A stretch of DNA of 32,000 bases. It comes from Candidatus Jordarchaeales archaeon. GTDB taxonomy: Archaea; Asgardarchaeota; Jordiarchaeia; Jordiarchaeales; Freyrarchaeaceae. Shown in pieces: positions 30,159 to 32,000 of this stretch. Within the stretch, counting starts at the first letter, position 1. Every line of letters begins with the position of its first letter. A program made the translations under genes and the position numbers. The stretch is taken from NCBI GenBank assembly GCA_038858525.1, contig JAWCFL010000003.1, forward strand, positions 86,088 to 118,087. The letters are read 5' to 3'. The notes beneath the pieces are model-generated. The model saw only the letters and a program-made list of their open reading frames with translations, did not search any database and was not told where the DNA came from.

Positions 30159-31370
30159 ATGATGGAGTTTTACATAGGTGAAGCGTTAGTCGGTAAGGGC
30201 GCGGAAGTGGCGCATGTGGATTTAATCATTGGGGACAAGCTTGGACCTGTCGGGTTGGCATTTGCTCAAGGGTTAACGCACATGTCTCAGGGCCACACGC
30301 CGCTTTTAGGTGTGATCAGACCGAACTTGCCGCCTAAACCACATGTACTGATAATTCCAAAGGTGACTGTTAAAAACATGGAGCAGGCAAATAAAATATT
30401 CGGCCCAGCTCAGTCTGCTGTAGCTAAAGCTGTAGCTGATGCTGTAGAGGAAGGAATTATTCCAGCGGATAAAGTTGACGATTGGGTTATAGTAGCAAGC
30501 GTTTTCGTTCATCCGGATGCTAAAGATTACAGGAAAATATATCATTACAATTATAGTGCAACAAAGCTTGCCCTGAGACGAGCGTTACAGGCATACCCAC
30601 CGTTGGAAAAGGTGATGTACGATAAAGATAGGGCGGTGCATCCAATAATGGGATTTAAAGTTCCTCGGCTGTGGCGGCCGCCTTACCTACAAATTGCACT
30701 TGACAATCCATCATTGGAGCAAGCGCTCCGAGTTGTTAGTGAGTTACCCAAGAGTGATATGATAATACTTGAGGCAGGTACTCCCTTGATAAAGAGGCAT
30801 GGAGTGAGTGCCGTTAGCAAACTTAGGGAGGTCGCTCCAGACACGTTTATAGTGGCTGACTTGAAAACACTGGATACTGCTCAGGTAGAAGTCGACTTGG
30901 CTTATGAAGAAACCGCTGATGGAGTAGTAGCTTCAGGGCTTGCTTCAAAAGAATCCATCGATAAGTTCATCTATGAGGCAAAACGACTAGGAATTTACGC
31001 GTTCTTAGATATGATGGATGTCCCAGACCCTATAGAGAAACTAAAATCACTTAAAGAACTTCCCGATGTTCTAATAATTCACAGAGCAATTGATACTGAG
31101 TCATCAGGAAGAAGGTCGAGATGGGAGTTAATAAATGAAATCAATAACGCTTTTAAAGGCAAAAAAATGCTTTTCGCTGTCGCAGGGGGTATAGTGCCGG
31201 AAACAGCCGATGAGGCACTTGATTCAGGGGCACATATACTTATCGTTGGGAGATATATAACACAGTCCAAGGACGTCAAGAGGTCTGTTAGAGAATTCCT
31301 TGAAATACTTAAGAAACGGATCCCAGGAGAACCAGGCGACGTGGACCTGCTGAGAATTCACGTCGAATGA
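30159..31370 (+). CDS. fae-hps: Bifunctional formaldehyde-activating enzyme / 3-hexulose-6-phosphate synthase
   Basis: Fae domain GEALVG..EVAHVDL..G.K.GPVG, KIFGPAQSAVAKAVAD, NYSATKLAL; HPS domain LQIALD, ILEAGTPLIKRHG, VADLKTLD, IVGRYIT; ATG 30159 behind GGAGG. Confidence 0.94.
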   Translation: MMEFYIGEALVGKGAEVAHVDLIIGDKLGPVGLAFAQGLTHMSQGHTPLLGVIRPNLPPKPHVLIIPKVTVKNMEQANKIFGPAQSAVAKAVADAVEEGIIPADKVDDWVIVASVFVHPDAKDYRKIYHYNYSATKLALRRALQAYPPLEKVMYDKDRAVHPIMGFKVPRLWRPPYLQIALDNPSLEQALRVVSELPKSDMIILEAGTPLIKRHGVSAVSKLREVAPDTFIVADLKTLDTAQVEVDLAYEETADGVVASGLASKESIDKFIYEAKRLGIYAFLDMMDVPDPIEKLKSLKELPDVLIIHRAIDTESSGRRSRWELINEINNAFKGKKMLFAVAGGIVPETADEALDSGAHILIVGRYITQSKDVKRSVREFLEILKKRIPGEPGDVDLLRIHVE

Positions 31371-31380
31371 CGGGGGGAAT

Positions 31381-31539
31381 TTATCTGCTTGGAAACTCAT
31401 ATTTACATCTTGGACAGCGAATAAAGCCGCAGTCTCCCAAGGCAGAAGCAGAACACCCACCACAAGCGAAAACACGAGAGTAGCTTACATCGAAGGAGAA
31501 ACCGCATTTGGGGCAAGTGATTAATTTTGAGGCAACCAT
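31381..31539 (-). CDS. Small 52-aa Cys-rich (7 Cys) metal-binding protein, absent from the ORF track
   Basis: MVASKLITCPKCGFSFDVSYSRVFACGGCSASALGDCGFIRCPRCKYEFPSR; strong SD AAAGGAGGT 6 nt before ATG 31539; TAA at 31381-31383. Confidence 0.85.
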   Translation of the reverse strand: MVASKLITCPKCGFSFDVSYSRVFACGGCSASALGDCGFIRCPRCKYEFPSR

Positions 31540-31685
31540 ATCAAAACCTCCTTTGAAACCTTTATTCAGGGAAACTTAAAAGGAACACCAAAACCTAAAA
31601 TTTTGCCTCCTTTTTCCAGGAGACTGTTGAGACTCGTATATTTAAAAAGGTTTACTTGCCAGATGACAATAAAGAAAGAGAGAAG

Positions 31686-32000
31686 CTATGTGATGCCTAC
31701 CTTTTTTATGGCTTCTTCATAATAACCAGTAATTATTTTCACGTATTTGCCTGTAAATTTAGCGTCTAGCTCTGGATCTCCCGTATCGACTCTAAGGAAG
31801 GGAAGGGATGAAAGTTTGTGCGGCGTTGCTACGATAATTACATTATTAATGCCTACTTTCCTTATAACCTCACTACTTATTTGCTGATTCCCTCTTCCAA
31901 AAATGAAGCCTTGTCTTCCAATCGGGGAAACTATTATTTTTACTTCTTTTTCAAATGAGAGAGCTTTGAGTATTTCTTCTTCTCCTGCATCCTTAACGAC
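31686..32000 (-). CDS. ATP-NAD/AcoX kinase family protein, C-terminal part (runs off the window)
   Basis: Open frame VVKDAGEEEILKAL...IIVSPIGRQGFIFGRGNQQISSEVIRKVG..NVIIVATPHKL...LRVDTGDPELD...KIITGY; TAG at 31686-31688. Confidence 0.85.
   Translation of the reverse strand, partial: VVKDAGEEEILKALSFEKEVKIIVSPIGRQGFIFGRGNQQISSEVIRKVGINNVIIVATPHKLSSLPFLRVDTGDPELDAKFTGKYVKIITGYYEEAIKKVGIT

Overview
Archaeal chromosomal window, most likely from an Asgard-type archaeon. This is inferred from full-length Vps28- and Vps22-like genes, a UEV-Vps23 gene, and SNAP-like and PCI-like proteins. Housekeeping genes: argG-argH, cdc48, a stand-alone full-length rpoB, a PolB1-type DNA polymerase, fae-hps and a partial ATP-NAD kinase. 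Accessory or unusual content: (1) a tRNA-Lys(UUU) gene split by three non-canonical introns, each with a bulge-helix-bulge-like motif; (2) a three-gene ESCRT-I/II operon (UEV-Vps23, Vps28, Vps22) plus a separate IFT52/GldG-like protein with a similar steadiness-box-like tail; (3) three alpha-SNAP-like helical-repeat proteins next to cdc48, one also carrying a PCI-like winged helix and Zn ribbon; (4) a solo TnpB element with an intact RuvC triad and a readable right end and guide; (5) a CpaF/TadC-like pair with no pilin; (6) a frameshifted hexapeptide acyltransferase; (7) a half methanogenesis-marker-9-like Cys domain; (8) a 52-aa 7-Cys protein missing from the ORF track. All family assignments come from motif recognition by eye; no database search was run.
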